Origin: an archaeon
GTDB lineage: Archaea; Iainarchaeota; Iainarchaeia; Iainarchaeales; CSSED10-239
Assembly: GCA_035357435.1 (NCBI GenBank)
Contig: DAOPNM010000002.1
Coordinates: 1,157 to 33,156, forward strand
Length of the DNA stretch: 32,000 nucleotides
Reading direction: 5' to 3'
Part shown: one piece after another, positions 16,663-24,962 of the stretch
Layout of the letters: the number at the start of each line of letters is the position of its first letter
How positions within the stretch are numbered: the first letter of the stretch is position 1
Translations under genes and position numbers: made by a program
The notes under the pieces: model-generated
What the model saw: the letters and a program-made list of their open reading frames with translations, nothing else
Databases searched by the model: none
What the model was told of the DNA's origin: nothing

Positions 16663-17346
16663 TTAATCACCCAAAAGTTTTGCCTTAAAAGATTGTGCAT
16701 CAATATCACAGGCTTTAATTTTTTTACTTTGCCCTTCAATTAAAAGTTGAGTATCTTTTTCGAAATGGATAATTATGGGCTCACAAATTAATCTAAAACC
16801 AATAGTGCCAGTTTTCAAAAGTTCATCATAAATTAAATCTATATTTTCTGCAGGAACCTCAATATCTGTTCCTACTTTCTTACCTTGAATTTTAGTTGCA
16901 ATTGCCTGAAGATCAATATTTCCAACAACACCAAACCTTAAAATAAATGTTTGAATATTAAAAGTACCAATTATTTTTTTCAAAAAACCTTTTGAATTTT
17001 TTGTGTCAGGAAAAACATATTTTCTATAAGATCTAAATTGCTCAAAAAAATCATTCCCTGCATCTAAATTTTTATAAATAGAATCCATTTCTTGGGTAAT
17101 AGAACCAACAAGTGCGGTCATATCTTTAAATAAAACAATAAGCTTTCTCTGTTTAATTTCTTGTTCTAATGTATCTTCTACAAAAGAGTATGTAGAACTA
17201 ATATTTTGTATTTCTTTTAAAGATTTATCAATAGTTTCTAAAATTTCATTTAATTGCTTATAATATTCAGTAACTTTATTTTTTTTATACAAATACTTAT
17301 TTAAAACATCCAATTGTTTTTTTAAATTAGTAATCTCATCTGCCAT
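16663..17346 (-). CDS. Hypothetical coiled-coil protein with a beta-rich C-terminal domain, first gene of the scpA operon
   Basis: The ATG at 17346 (MADEITNLKKQLDVL) has AGGTGGA 5 nt upstream. The track start at 17355 is the GTG inside that SD. About 110 aa are heptad-like, followed by GVVGNIDLQAIATKIQGKKVGTDIEVP. No Walker motifs. The stop is 2 nt before the scpA start. Confidence 0.7.
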   Translation of the reverse strand: MADEITNLKKQLDVLNKYLYKKNKVTEYYKQLNEILETIDKSLKEIQNISSTYSFVEDTLEQEIKQRKLIVLFKDMTALVGSITQEMDSIYKNLDAGNDFFEQFRSYRKYVFPDTKNSKGFLKKIIGTFNIQTFILRFGVVGNIDLQAIATKIQGKKVGTDIEVPAENIDLIYDELLKTGTIGFRLICEPIIIHFEKDTQLLIEGQSKKIKACDIDAQSFKAKLLGD

Positions 17347-17555
17347 AATATCCACCTATTTGTTATTAAAAAAACGTCTACTCTACAAACAAATATAAGA
17401 GAAATATATTAATAAAGGTATTGTTTTTGTAATAAATAATTACAAATATAGTATATTACAATAAAAGAATTGCAAAATAAATTATGAATTAATATTATTA
17501 AAAGGCAGAACAAAAAAAGTGTCCAAGAAATAATGCGTTTTTACAAAAAAAATAA

Positions 17556-18365
17556 TTATTTTTTTGAAAGACTATCCCACACATCTTGAATAGCTTCCGG
17601 ACTAAGTTGTTTTATCTTTTTTTTAAAGTATTCTTTAGGGATTTTATTTACATCTATTTTTTCAAAAAAATCTTTGTTTACATTTTGCCCATATTTTATT
17701 TCATTTATTAAATCTTTGTTTGAAAATCTAAAAATAGTTTTAACAAAATAATTAAAATTTTGTTCTTGTCTATCCCTTTTAGGCAAAACAGAAACAATTA
17801 CAGAATCTACATTTGGGATAGGATAAAAATTTTTTCTACTAACATTCATTTCTATTTTTGCATTACCATACGTCTGTGTTAAAACACTGATTGCAACATA
17901 ATTTTTAAATCCAGCATCTGCAACAAGTTTTTCTGCAAACTCTTTTTGTGTAACAAAAACGCAAGGTTTTGTTGCATTTATTTTATCAATAATGCCATTT
18001 GAAATAGAATATGGAATTAGGCCAGTTATTTTTGTAAAATGTATTCTTTCTAAATCAACATCTAAAAAATCCCCATTAATAATCTCTAATTTTTCAGAAT
18101 TTATTTCTTTTTTTAAAATATCACACATCAATTTGTCTTTATCAATTGCAATTATTTTTTTTGCATTAGTATTTATTAATTGCTTTGTTAAATTTCCAAT
18201 TCCAGGGCCTATTTCTAAAATAACATCCTCATTATTTATATTTAAAAGTGAAATTATTTTTTCAGTAATTTCTTGATTTATAATAAAATATTGATCTTTG
18301 CTTTTGTCAGGTTTAAATGAATATTTTAACATTAGTTTATATGTGTCTTCTATTAACATAATCAT
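17556..18365 (-). CDS. rsmA: 16S rRNA (adenine1518/1519-N6)-dimethyltransferase KsgA/Dim1
   Basis: VILEIGPGIGNLTKQLI is the SAM motif, IPYSISNGII is the family motif, and F(Y)PIPNVDS is also present. Conserved L21e-RpoF-DUF655-KsgA cluster. Confidence 0.9.
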   Translation of the reverse strand: MIMLIEDTYKLMLKYSFKPDKSKDQYFIINQEITEKIISLLNINNEDVILEIGPGIGNLTKQLINTNAKKIIAIDKDKLMCDILKKEINSEKLEIINGDFLDVDLERIHFTKITGLIPYSISNGIIDKINATKPCVFVTQKEFAEKLVADAGFKNYVAISVLTQTYGNAKIEMNVSRKNFYPIPNVDSVIVSVLPKRDRQEQNFNYFVKTIFRFSNKDLINEIKYGQNVNKDFFEKIDVNKIPKEYFKKKIKQLSPEAIQDVWDSLSKK

Positions 18366-18396
18366 TCAATAATAAGTTGTTTTAGTTTTAAAAAAA

Positions 18397-18942
18397 TTAT
18401 TTTTTATAAAAAATTGGTTTTTTATTATAAAATGGCAAAACAAAAAAATTATATTTTATATCAGGGTCTTGCTTTATCTCATCTAATATTCTTGTGCAAA
18501 TAACTTTGACAGGGTCAGGCAACATCTCTATTTTTTCTAAATCTTCAAAGCTTTTTATTTTCCCATTTTTTTTAATATATTCTAAAATGGCATCCCTATG
18601 TTTTTTTCCAATCATTGGTAGAAGATCTAATTGATGCCTTCTTGCACCCAATGGTTTTGCAGTATTAAAAAAATTAATAAATCTGTCTGGTTTGTTTCTT
18701 ACAATAAACTCAATTGCTTTTTCTAGTTCAGGTTTTGCTTTTTCAGAAAGCATATTATAAGAAATTCTTCGTGCAATTAATCCTTCTGTATCAATAATTT
18801 CTTGTGGTTGCTTAGGGATATCACTAACTACTTCTAATAATATAAAATTAGTAGTATTTACACACTGTATGATATTTGATGGTTTACCATTAATTTGTTT
18901 ACTTTCATTATTCAAAACAATTGCTTCTTTTATCATATTCAT
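18397..18942 (-). CDS. DUF655 family protein (conserved archaeal HhH-containing, putative RNA-binding)
   Basis: FFNTAKPLGARRHQLDLLPMIGKKHRDAILE is the DUF655 core. ATGA overlap with the rpoF stop. Conserved position upstream of ksgA. Confidence 0.75.
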   Translation of the reverse strand: MNMIKEAIVLNNESKQINGKPSNIIQCVNTTNFILLEVVSDIPKQPQEIIDTEGLIARRISYNMLSEKAKPELEKAIEFIVRNKPDRFINFFNTAKPLGARRHQLDLLPMIGKKHRDAILEYIKKNGKIKSFEDLEKIEMLPDPVKVICTRILDEIKQDPDIKYNFFVLPFYNKKPIFYKK

Positions 18943-19268
18943 TTTTCTTTATTATATTTTTCTATAAGCTCAATAATCTTTTGCTTTTGTTCTTCATTAA
19001 TTTCTTTTTCTTTTTCTAAGATTACATCTAATTCAACATTATTTGGTAAAATATCAACTAGTTTTGTTGAAAGCTCGTCACTTAATTCTACTTGTGTCAT
19101 TAATTCTTGTTTCAGTTTTTGTGCATTTGCAAAACTTAATTTTGAAAAAGATTTTGCATGCTCATAAGCCTCATTTTGTTCAAAAGATAGCTCTTTTTCT
19201 TTTGCTTTCTCTGAAAGAATTTTTTTTATTTCTGCTAAAGTTACATCTTCTTTATAAACACTATTCAT
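18939..19268 (-). CDS. rpoF: DNA-directed RNA polymerase subunit Rpo4 (F)
   Basis: VTLAEIKKILSEK...FEQNEAYEHAKSFSKL...LVDILPNN fits the RpoF pattern. The ATG at 19268 has GGTGA 5 nt upstream. The track start at 19280 is a GTG. Confidence 0.8.
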   Translation of the reverse strand: MNSVYKEDVTLAEIKKILSEKAKEKELSFEQNEAYEHAKSFSKLSFANAQKLKQELMTQVELSDELSTKLVDILPNNVELDVILEKEKEINEEQKQKIIELIEKYNKEK

Positions 19269-19578
19269 CTTTTTCACCACTTTTTATGTTTTTTATATAT
19301 TTAAGATGAGCCGGACTTACAATGATTTTTTTAACTTTATCCCCATCTTTTAATTCTACTATTGGAGTTTTCCCTTGAAATCCAACAACTTTTCCAGTAA
19401 TTCCATGTAGCCTTTTATGAGGCATTCCTTCATGAATAGAACTGTTTATGTTTATTTGTACAATCTCTCCAACATCAATTGGTTTAATTAATTCATTTAT
19501 TGTTGTTTTTTCTCTTATATGTCTTTTTAATTTAGACCTTGTTTTTGCTCTTTTTCCTTTTGCTTTTTTTCCTGCCAT
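19261..19578 (-). CDS. rpl21e: 50S ribosomal protein L21e
   Basis: GEIVQININSSIHEGMPHKRLHGITGKVVG...VSPAHLK is typical L21e. GAAGGTAAT SD upstream. Confidence 0.9.
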   Translation of the reverse strand: MAGKKAKGKRAKTRSKLKRHIREKTTINELIKPIDVGEIVQININSSIHEGMPHKRLHGITGKVVGFQGKTPIVELKDGDKVKKIIVSPAHLKYIKNIKSGEKDE

Positions 19579-19764
19579 TTTTATTACCTTCTTTTTGTTT
19601 TTTTTAATTATTTGCCATAATATATAATATATCGTTAACTTTTAAAAAGAATTTCTTTTACACAAAATTGTTTTTTTAAAAAAAATAGGTGGATTTTTAT
19701 TTTTTAATTTATCCCTTTATAAATGTTTTGTTTATATATTATAATTATACTAGTTATAATTAAA

Positions 19765-19770
19765 GAGGTG
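19765..19770 (+). promoter_or_regulatory. Shine-Dalgarno site of tbp
   Basis: GAGGTG lies 5 nt upstream of the ATG at 19776. Confidence 0.5.
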
Positions 19771-19775
19771 CAAAC

Positions 19776-20315
19776 ATGTATAAAATAGTAAATTTGGTTG
19801 CTGCAAGTAATTTAGGTACTACACTAGATCTATACAATTTAGCTGCAGCAATACCTGAAATTGAATATGAGCCAGAACAATTTCCTGGGGCAATATTTAA
19901 AATAAAAGAACCAAAGGTTTCTTTATTAATATTTAGAAATGGTAAAATTATAATATCTGGTGCAGCATCAGAAAAAGAAATAGAATTAGGTATAAAAAAA
20001 GCAATAAAATATATTGGTGAAATACAAAAAGAAATAAAAAACAAAAAAACACCAAAATATGAAATTGTAAATTTAGTTGCAACAGCAAATTTAGATAAAA
20101 ATGTAGATTTATTTCAAGCTGCGATGCAATTTGATGATATTGAGTATGAACCAGAACAATTTCCTGGGGCAATAATACGATTATATAAACCAAAAATGAC
20201 AGTGTTATTATTCAAAAATGGAAAACTTATTTGTGCTGGTGCAAAAACAGAAAATGATATTAAAAAAAGCATAACAGAAGTAAAAAAACTAGTCACAACA
20301 CTTAAATCTAAATAA
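19776..20315 (+). CDS. tbp: TATA-box binding protein
   Basis: Two direct repeats, each with IVNLVA..NL...DL....A......EYEPEQFPGAI....PK...LLF.NGK...GA. Confidence 0.95.
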   Translation: MYKIVNLVAASNLGTTLDLYNLAAAIPEIEYEPEQFPGAIFKIKEPKVSLLIFRNGKIIISGAASEKEIELGIKKAIKYIGEIQKEIKNKKTPKYEIVNLVATANLDKNVDLFQAAMQFDDIEYEPEQFPGAIIRLYKPKMTVLLFKNGKLICAGAKTENDIKKSITEVKKLVTTLKSK

Positions 20316-20327
20316 ACCATATCCCTT

Positions 20328-20335
20328 TTTAAATA
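20328..20335 (+). promoter_or_regulatory. Candidate TATA box for the 5S rRNA gene
   Basis: TTTAAATA is centred about 25 nt upstream of the predicted 5S 5' end. The AT-rich background makes this weak. Confidence 0.4.
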
Positions 20336-20356
20336 TTTTCTTACATATATTACATT

Positions 20357-20470
20357 GTTAGCGACCATAGAGACAAGGAAACACCTGGTCCCATTTCGAA
20401 CCCAGAAGTTAAGCTTGCCTTCGGTTTTGTATGCTCTTAGAAATCTAGGTGCAACAAAGTAGTTGCTAAC
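20357..20470 (+). rRNA. rrf: 5S ribosomal RNA, about 114 nt, not linked to 16S/23S in this window
   Basis: GCGACCATAG...GAAACACCTGGTCCCATTTCGAACCCAGAAGTTAAGC is the universal 5S loop B/helix III-loop C core. Terminal helix GTTAGC/GCTAAC. Helix IV-like hairpin CTTAG-AAAT-CTAGG. Confidence 0.85.
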
Positions 20471-20482
20471 ATTTAATCTTAT

Positions 20483-20520
20483 TTTTCTTTCTTAATTTTT
20501 TTAATCGTTTTATTTTTTTT
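20483..20520 (+). terminator. Oligo-T tracts downstream of the 5S rRNA (candidate archaeal terminators)
   Basis: T5 at 20483-20487, T7 at 20496-20502 and T8 at 20513-20520 follow the 5S 3' end. T-runs are frequent in this genome, so specificity is low. Confidence 0.3.
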
Positions 20521-20670
20521 AAATTAAAACATCTTTTCTTTAACTCTTTTTAATAAATTAGATATTTATTTAAATGTTTTATATTATAATATATAATACA
20601 TTTTTAAAAATATTAAAAATACAAAACAATTACAACCAAAAAAATCAAACACTTATTAAAAAGGGAAAAC

Positions 20671-22617
20671 ATGAGTGACACAGAACAAAAAGAAAATGAG
20701 CAAGAAAAATCATTTTTTACAAAAAATAAAATTGCAATTATTTTAATTTTAATATTTATCCTTGCATTTGGTATAAGAGGGCACCTATTAAAATACCCAT
20801 ACATGTTTGAATTTGATCCATATTGGCACCTTAGAGCAACAGGATATGTAATCCAAGGAGATCTTCCAGCAAATGACCCACTTGGTTTTTATGGACAAGG
20901 AGGGACATCATATGCAGGACAACCTAAATTTTTATGGTATTTTACTGCATTTTTATATTCTGTATTTACATTAGGTGGTGCCTACAACAAATTAATATTA
21001 ATAGAATTTGGAAGATGGTTGCCTGCAATATTTGGTGCACTAATCTGTGTTGGCATCTATTTTTTAGGAAAAGAAATGTACAATAAAAAAACAGGAATTG
21101 TAATGGCAATAATTGCTGCAACAATACCTGCATTTGTATATAGAACAATGGCTGGCTTTTTTGAAGAAGATTCATTAGGTTTCCTATGGATGGTTATTGG
21201 ATTTATATTTTTTGTAAAAGCACTAAAAGAAATTAACTCTACAAAAAAGAATATTATTTACTCAATAATAGCTGCATTTTTCTTTATTCTCATGGCAATG
21301 ACATGGCAAATGTTTTTATTAATTCCATTGGTATTAATCGCATATTTTGTACTTAATCTTATATATATGGGGATAAAACACGATACCAAACAACATTTTA
21401 GGCATTTTATAAAAACATTTTTAATAATATTTTTATTATTTACTGTAATAACAACACTTATTCAAGGGACTGGTTGGATTAAAAATACAACATCATATGT
21501 AACAAACTATTTACCAATAAATAAAGAAAATATTGCAAGACTTGAAAAAACTGCAGTATCAGAAACAGACATACTTGGAGCAACAGTTGGTGAAGAAAAT
21601 ACAGGAAAACAATTCTTTTTACACAAATATAACTTCTTATTGTGGGTTCCATTTGTAGTACTACCATTAATATTTTTCTATCTCATATTTTCAAAGAAAA
21701 AAGATTATTTTGCATTAATTATCTTTTCTTGGTTAGCAATTACTACATTTATGGCATGGTCTAAACTTAAATTTACTTACACTTTAGGTATTCCAATTGC
21801 ATTAGGTGTTGGATATTTATTTTATATATGTTATGAATGGGCAAAAAAAAGCTCAATAACTATAAAAAGAACAACTACAATATTTTTTATATTCCTAATA
21901 TTAACCTCAATTGCAGCAGGATCTCACTTTGTTACAACAAACAAACCCCCAATAGATGAAGAAATAGATTGGCAAAACACATTATTTTGGATAGATGCAA
22001 ATACTCCAACAGATGCAAAAATATTTAATTGGTGGGATTATGGACACTGGATTACATTTTTTACAGACAGAAAAGCAAGTACGGATAATACCAATTCACA
22101 TATGGAAGGCGATTCAGACTATGCAATGTTCATTATAACAAACGATATGAACACAAACAAAGAAATTTTAAAAAAATATGACACAGACTATTTAATTGCA
22201 GATTCTGGTTATTTCACTAGATACAACTCTTTTGCAGCATATGCCTATGTTACAACAAACTTTTCTGATCCAAAAGTAAGTAAATATATGGGTGTGGTAC
22301 TTTCATGTACGCCAACAGTAACAGAAAATACAAATCAATTAAATTATAATTGTGGGGGAAACATTTTTACAAAAAATGAATTTTTAAAAATCCCTACAAC
22401 ATGGCAATCTCAACCATCTCAAATATTACAAGGAACACCTGTTTTTGTGTATAGATCTTCAAACAACAATGAATTATATATATTTAATGCAGCAGTAAAC
22501 AACTCTACATTTGCTAAACTTTGGTTTAATGATCCAAGTGCACAAGATATTGGGGAATTGGCATATTCTAGTGGAAATGTAAGAGTATATAAAATAAATA
22601 AATCAAACTTAGATTAG
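20671..22617 (+). CDS. aglB: Archaeal oligosaccharyltransferase AglB (STT3 family)
   Basis: Multi-TM N-terminal domain with FEFDPYWH in the first external loop, the NWWDYGHWITF (WWDYG) catalytic motif, and a soluble C-terminal domain. Confidence 0.9.
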   Translation: MSDTEQKENEQEKSFFTKNKIAIILILIFILAFGIRGHLLKYPYMFEFDPYWHLRATGYVIQGDLPANDPLGFYGQGGTSYAGQPKFLWYFTAFLYSVFTLGGAYNKLILIEFGRWLPAIFGALICVGIYFLGKEMYNKKTGIVMAIIAATIPAFVYRTMAGFFEEDSLGFLWMVIGFIFFVKALKEINSTKKNIIYSIIAAFFFILMAMTWQMFLLIPLVLIAYFVLNLIYMGIKHDTKQHFRHFIKTFLIIFLLFTVITTLIQGTGWIKNTTSYVTNYLPINKENIARLEKTAVSETDILGATVGEENTGKQFFLHKYNFLLWVPFVVLPLIFFYLIFSKKKDYFALIIFSWLAITTFMAWSKLKFTYTLGIPIALGVGYLFYICYEWAKKSSITIKRTTTIFFIFLILTSIAAGSHFVTTNKPPIDEEIDWQNTLFWIDANTPTDAKIFNWWDYGHWITFFTDRKASTDNTNSHMEGDSDYAMFIITNDMNTNKEILKKYDTDYLIADSGYFTRYNSFAAYAYVTTNFSDPKVSKYMGVVLSCTPTVTENTNQLNYNCGGNIFTKNEFLKIPTTWQSQPSQILQGTPVFVYRSSNNNELYIFNAAVNNSTFAKLWFNDPSAQDIGELAYSSGNVRVYKINKSNLD

Positions 22618-22627
22618 AAGAAAAACT

Positions 22628-23608
22628 ATGATAAACACAATATTATTATATCTAATTTCTATAATTTTTGCAACATTTATATGCATATTAATTACACCTA
22701 ACTTTATATCTTTAATGAAACAAAGAGGATTTGTTGGGAAAGATATGAATAAACTGCACAAACCACTTGTTGCAGAACTAGGGGGTATTCCTGTATTTGT
22801 TTCGTTTGTATTAAGTTCCTTTTTTTGTATACTTTTTTCATTAAATATAATCGATTATAGTTTATTTCTTTTACTTATACTAATGATGACAATAATATTT
22901 ATTATTGGAATTCTTGATGATGCATTAGGGTGGAAAAAAGGAATTAATCAATGGCAACATTTTATTTTGCCTTTACTTTTCTCTATACCTGTTATTATTT
23001 ATGCAATTAGTCAAAATTTCAATTCAATATACATTCCATTTTTAGGAACATTAAATGTTGGCTATATATATGCAATTATATTAGTGCCAATAGCAATCAC
23101 AGCAACAACAAATGCATTTAATCTATTAGCAGGATTTAATGGTATGGAAGCAGGAATGTCTATAATTATTTTTATAACTATATCTATATTTGCTTTATTT
23201 AAAGGAAACATAACATTATTGCTTATATTAGGAGCGTGGATTGGTGCACTTATTGGAATTTATAAATACAACAAATATCCTGCAAAAATATTTTTAGGAG
23301 ATGGTGTAACATTAGTTAGTGGTGTATTAATTGGGATGTCTGCAATTGTTTTAAAATTAGAATGGCTCATTGCATTTATTTATATACTTTACATAATTGA
23401 ATTCATAATAAAAGCATCACACAACTTCAAACCAGAATGCTTTGGAGTTCCTCAAAAAGATGGAACATTGGCCCCAAAACCAACAGGAGGGTCATTAACA
23501 CATATAGTTATGAAAAAAGGCAGATTTACAGAAAAACAAGTAGTACATATATTTTATATATTACAAACAATAATTTGTGGGATTGCTCTTATATTCTTCT
23601 TTTTTTAA
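22628..23608 (+). CDS. GT4 family polyprenyl-phosphate HexNAc-1-phosphate transferase (MraY/WecA/Alg7/AglH-like)
   Basis: About 10 TM helices. GILDDALGW and TNAFNLLAGFNGMEAG are signature motifs. The start is 10 nt after aglB. Confidence 0.85.
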   Translation: MINTILLYLISIIFATFICILITPNFISLMKQRGFVGKDMNKLHKPLVAELGGIPVFVSFVLSSFFCILFSLNIIDYSLFLLLILMMTIIFIIGILDDALGWKKGINQWQHFILPLLFSIPVIIYAISQNFNSIYIPFLGTLNVGYIYAIILVPIAITATTNAFNLLAGFNGMEAGMSIIIFITISIFALFKGNITLLLILGAWIGALIGIYKYNKYPAKIFLGDGVTLVSGVLIGMSAIVLKLEWLIAFIYILYIIEFIIKASHNFKPECFGVPQKDGTLAPKPTGGSLTHIVMKKGRFTEKQVVHIFYILQTIICGIALIFFFF

Positions 23609-23684
23609 ATTTAAATTGTATAATTGTTTACAATTACCTTTTTAAACATTATATTTCTAATAATTGTAACTATAAAACAAAAAA

Positions 23685-24140
23685 ATGAAAACAAAAATGA
23701 AAACAAAGGCACAAGTTTCATTAGAAGGAATCATTGTAATAATTTTTCTTATAATATTCATTATATTATTTGAAAATTTAGCACAAAACACTGTTCAAAC
23801 GATAGAAATAAGTAAAATAAAACAACAACAACAAGAAATAAATCTTTCATTATTGGAATTTATAAAATATCAAGATCAACAAATAACAAGCAACAAATTT
23901 AACATACTTGACTGGAACTCTTCATATAATATTCCAAACATAACAATACCAAGTAAAAAAATTGATTGTAATGTATCTATATCTCAAAACAAAATTGAAA
24001 GCTCTACATTGTATAACGGTGTGCCTATAATTACTACAACGAGCACCTTCATATCAAATCAAATTGAATTACCAATTGTTGCATATTGCGGACAAACATT
24101 AAACTGTTTTCTAAATGGAAACAAATTAAAATGTGAATAA
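23685..24140 (+). CDS. Type IV pilin-like protein A (class III signal peptide)
   Basis: MKTKMKTKA/QVSLEGIIVIIFLIIFIILF has a basic leader, K-A-Q, QxSxE and a hydrophobic helix. The mature part has 4 Cys and 4 N-x-S/T sequons by my count. Confidence 0.65.
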   Translation: MKTKMKTKAQVSLEGIIVIIFLIIFIILFENLAQNTVQTIEISKIKQQQQEINLSLLEFIKYQDQQITSNKFNILDWNSSYNIPNITIPSKKIDCNVSISQNKIESSTLYNGVPIITTTSTFISNQIELPIVAYCGQTLNCFLNGNKLKCE

Positions 24141-24144
24141 AAAA

Positions 24145-24651
24145 ATGGGAAAAGATAAAGGGCAAGTAATGGTTTTAGATATTTTATTTAGTATAACTTT
24201 GTTAATATTAATGATATTTCTTTTATCAAAAATAACAGAATTACAAATAGACAAAGAAAATACAGAAAAAGAGATTTATAAATTAAACAAAATAGGGAAT
24301 ATAGTATATAACAAACTAACAAATAACCAAGAAATAAATTGTTATACACATGACAATAATAATGATATACTTATACCAAACTGTTTCGGAAAAGATTCAA
24401 TAATTACAAAGCAAGCATTAGGATTAACCTCTGATTACAATTGTAATTTCTCAATAACTAACTTTACTATTACAAACAACCAGTGTAACCAAACATACAA
24501 TTTAAGTGATTTAAAGGCATATTATATAGTTGATATAAACGTTATTGTAAACAATACAAGAGACCTAAATAAACAAACAGTTATGAACAATATATTAAAT
24601 AAAACAAACGATTTAAATATAGAAACTGGAACAATAGTGATATGGAAATGA
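24145..24651 (+). CDS. Type IV pilin-like protein B (class III signal peptide)
   Basis: MGKDKG/QVMVLDILFSITLLILMIFLL fits K-G-Q. ATG at 24145; the track start at 24133 is a GTG. 4 Cys and 6 sequons by my count. Confidence 0.6.
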   Translation: MGKDKGQVMVLDILFSITLLILMIFLLSKITELQIDKENTEKEIYKLNKIGNIVYNKLTNNQEINCYTHDNNNDILIPNCFGKDSIITKQALGLTSDYNCNFSITNFTITNNQCNQTYNLSDLKAYYIVDINVIVNNTRDLNKQTVMNNILNKTNDLNIETGTIVIWK

Positions 24652-24962
24652 AAAACACTATAGTAACAAAAAAAGGTTTTATTATATCAATTACAACAAT
24701 ATTATATGTTGCACTATTCCTTAGCTTCTTATTAATAATAATAAATTTAACAGAAAAACCAATATTTATACCTGACCAACATGCATTAGAAACAAACACA
24801 ATGTATAAATATATTGAAGGAGACACTAACCAAACAGGTTCTGGAGAATACTGGTGTGTTTTACATGTTGCAGCATATGATGCAAATGAAAGTTTGCAAA
24901 CACAAAGTCAAATTAATCTAAAAACATATTGTGAGGAATATAATGGAAAAAGGATTATTTAA
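24648..24962 (+). CDS. Type IV pilin-like protein C (class III signal peptide)
   Basis: MKNTIVTKKG/FIISITTILYVALFLSFLLII fits K-G-F. The ATG at 24648 forms an ATGA overlap with the gene B stop and has GTGAT 6 nt upstream. 2 Cys and 3 sequons. Confidence 0.55.
   Translation: MKNTIVTKKGFIISITTILYVALFLSFLLIIINLTEKPIFIPDQHALETNTMYKYIEGDTNQTGSGEYWCVLHVAAYDANESLQTQSQINLKTYCEEYNGKRII

Noticed and set aside
17427-17445. Inverted repeat TTGTAAT-AAATA-ATTACAA upstream of the coiled-coil/scpA operon
   Set aside because: A 7-bp all-A/T-plus-one-G arm in about 75 percent AT DNA is likely by chance. There is no second copy and no similarity to the pilin-operon hexamers.
19760-20368. Three minus-strand ORFs (81-94 aa) across the tbp gene and into the 5S gene
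   Set aside because: They are antisense to a very confidently identified TBP. The last one runs into the 5S rRNA. No SD and no recognisable motifs.
20613-20804. 63-aa minus-strand ORF overlapping the aglB start
   Set aside because: It overlaps the aglB 5' end in antisense and has low-complexity composition.
23437-23688. 83-aa plus-strand ORF at the end of the GT4 transferase gene
   Set aside because: It is an alternative frame of the confidently called GT4 gene and runs through the intergenic promoter region.
23685-23708. 12-bp tandem duplication ATGAAAACAAAA/ATGAAAACAAAG at the start of pilin gene A
   Set aside because: It only lengthens the basic leader (MKTK-MKTK) and offers two in-frame starts. 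It is probably a trivial slippage event without functional implication.
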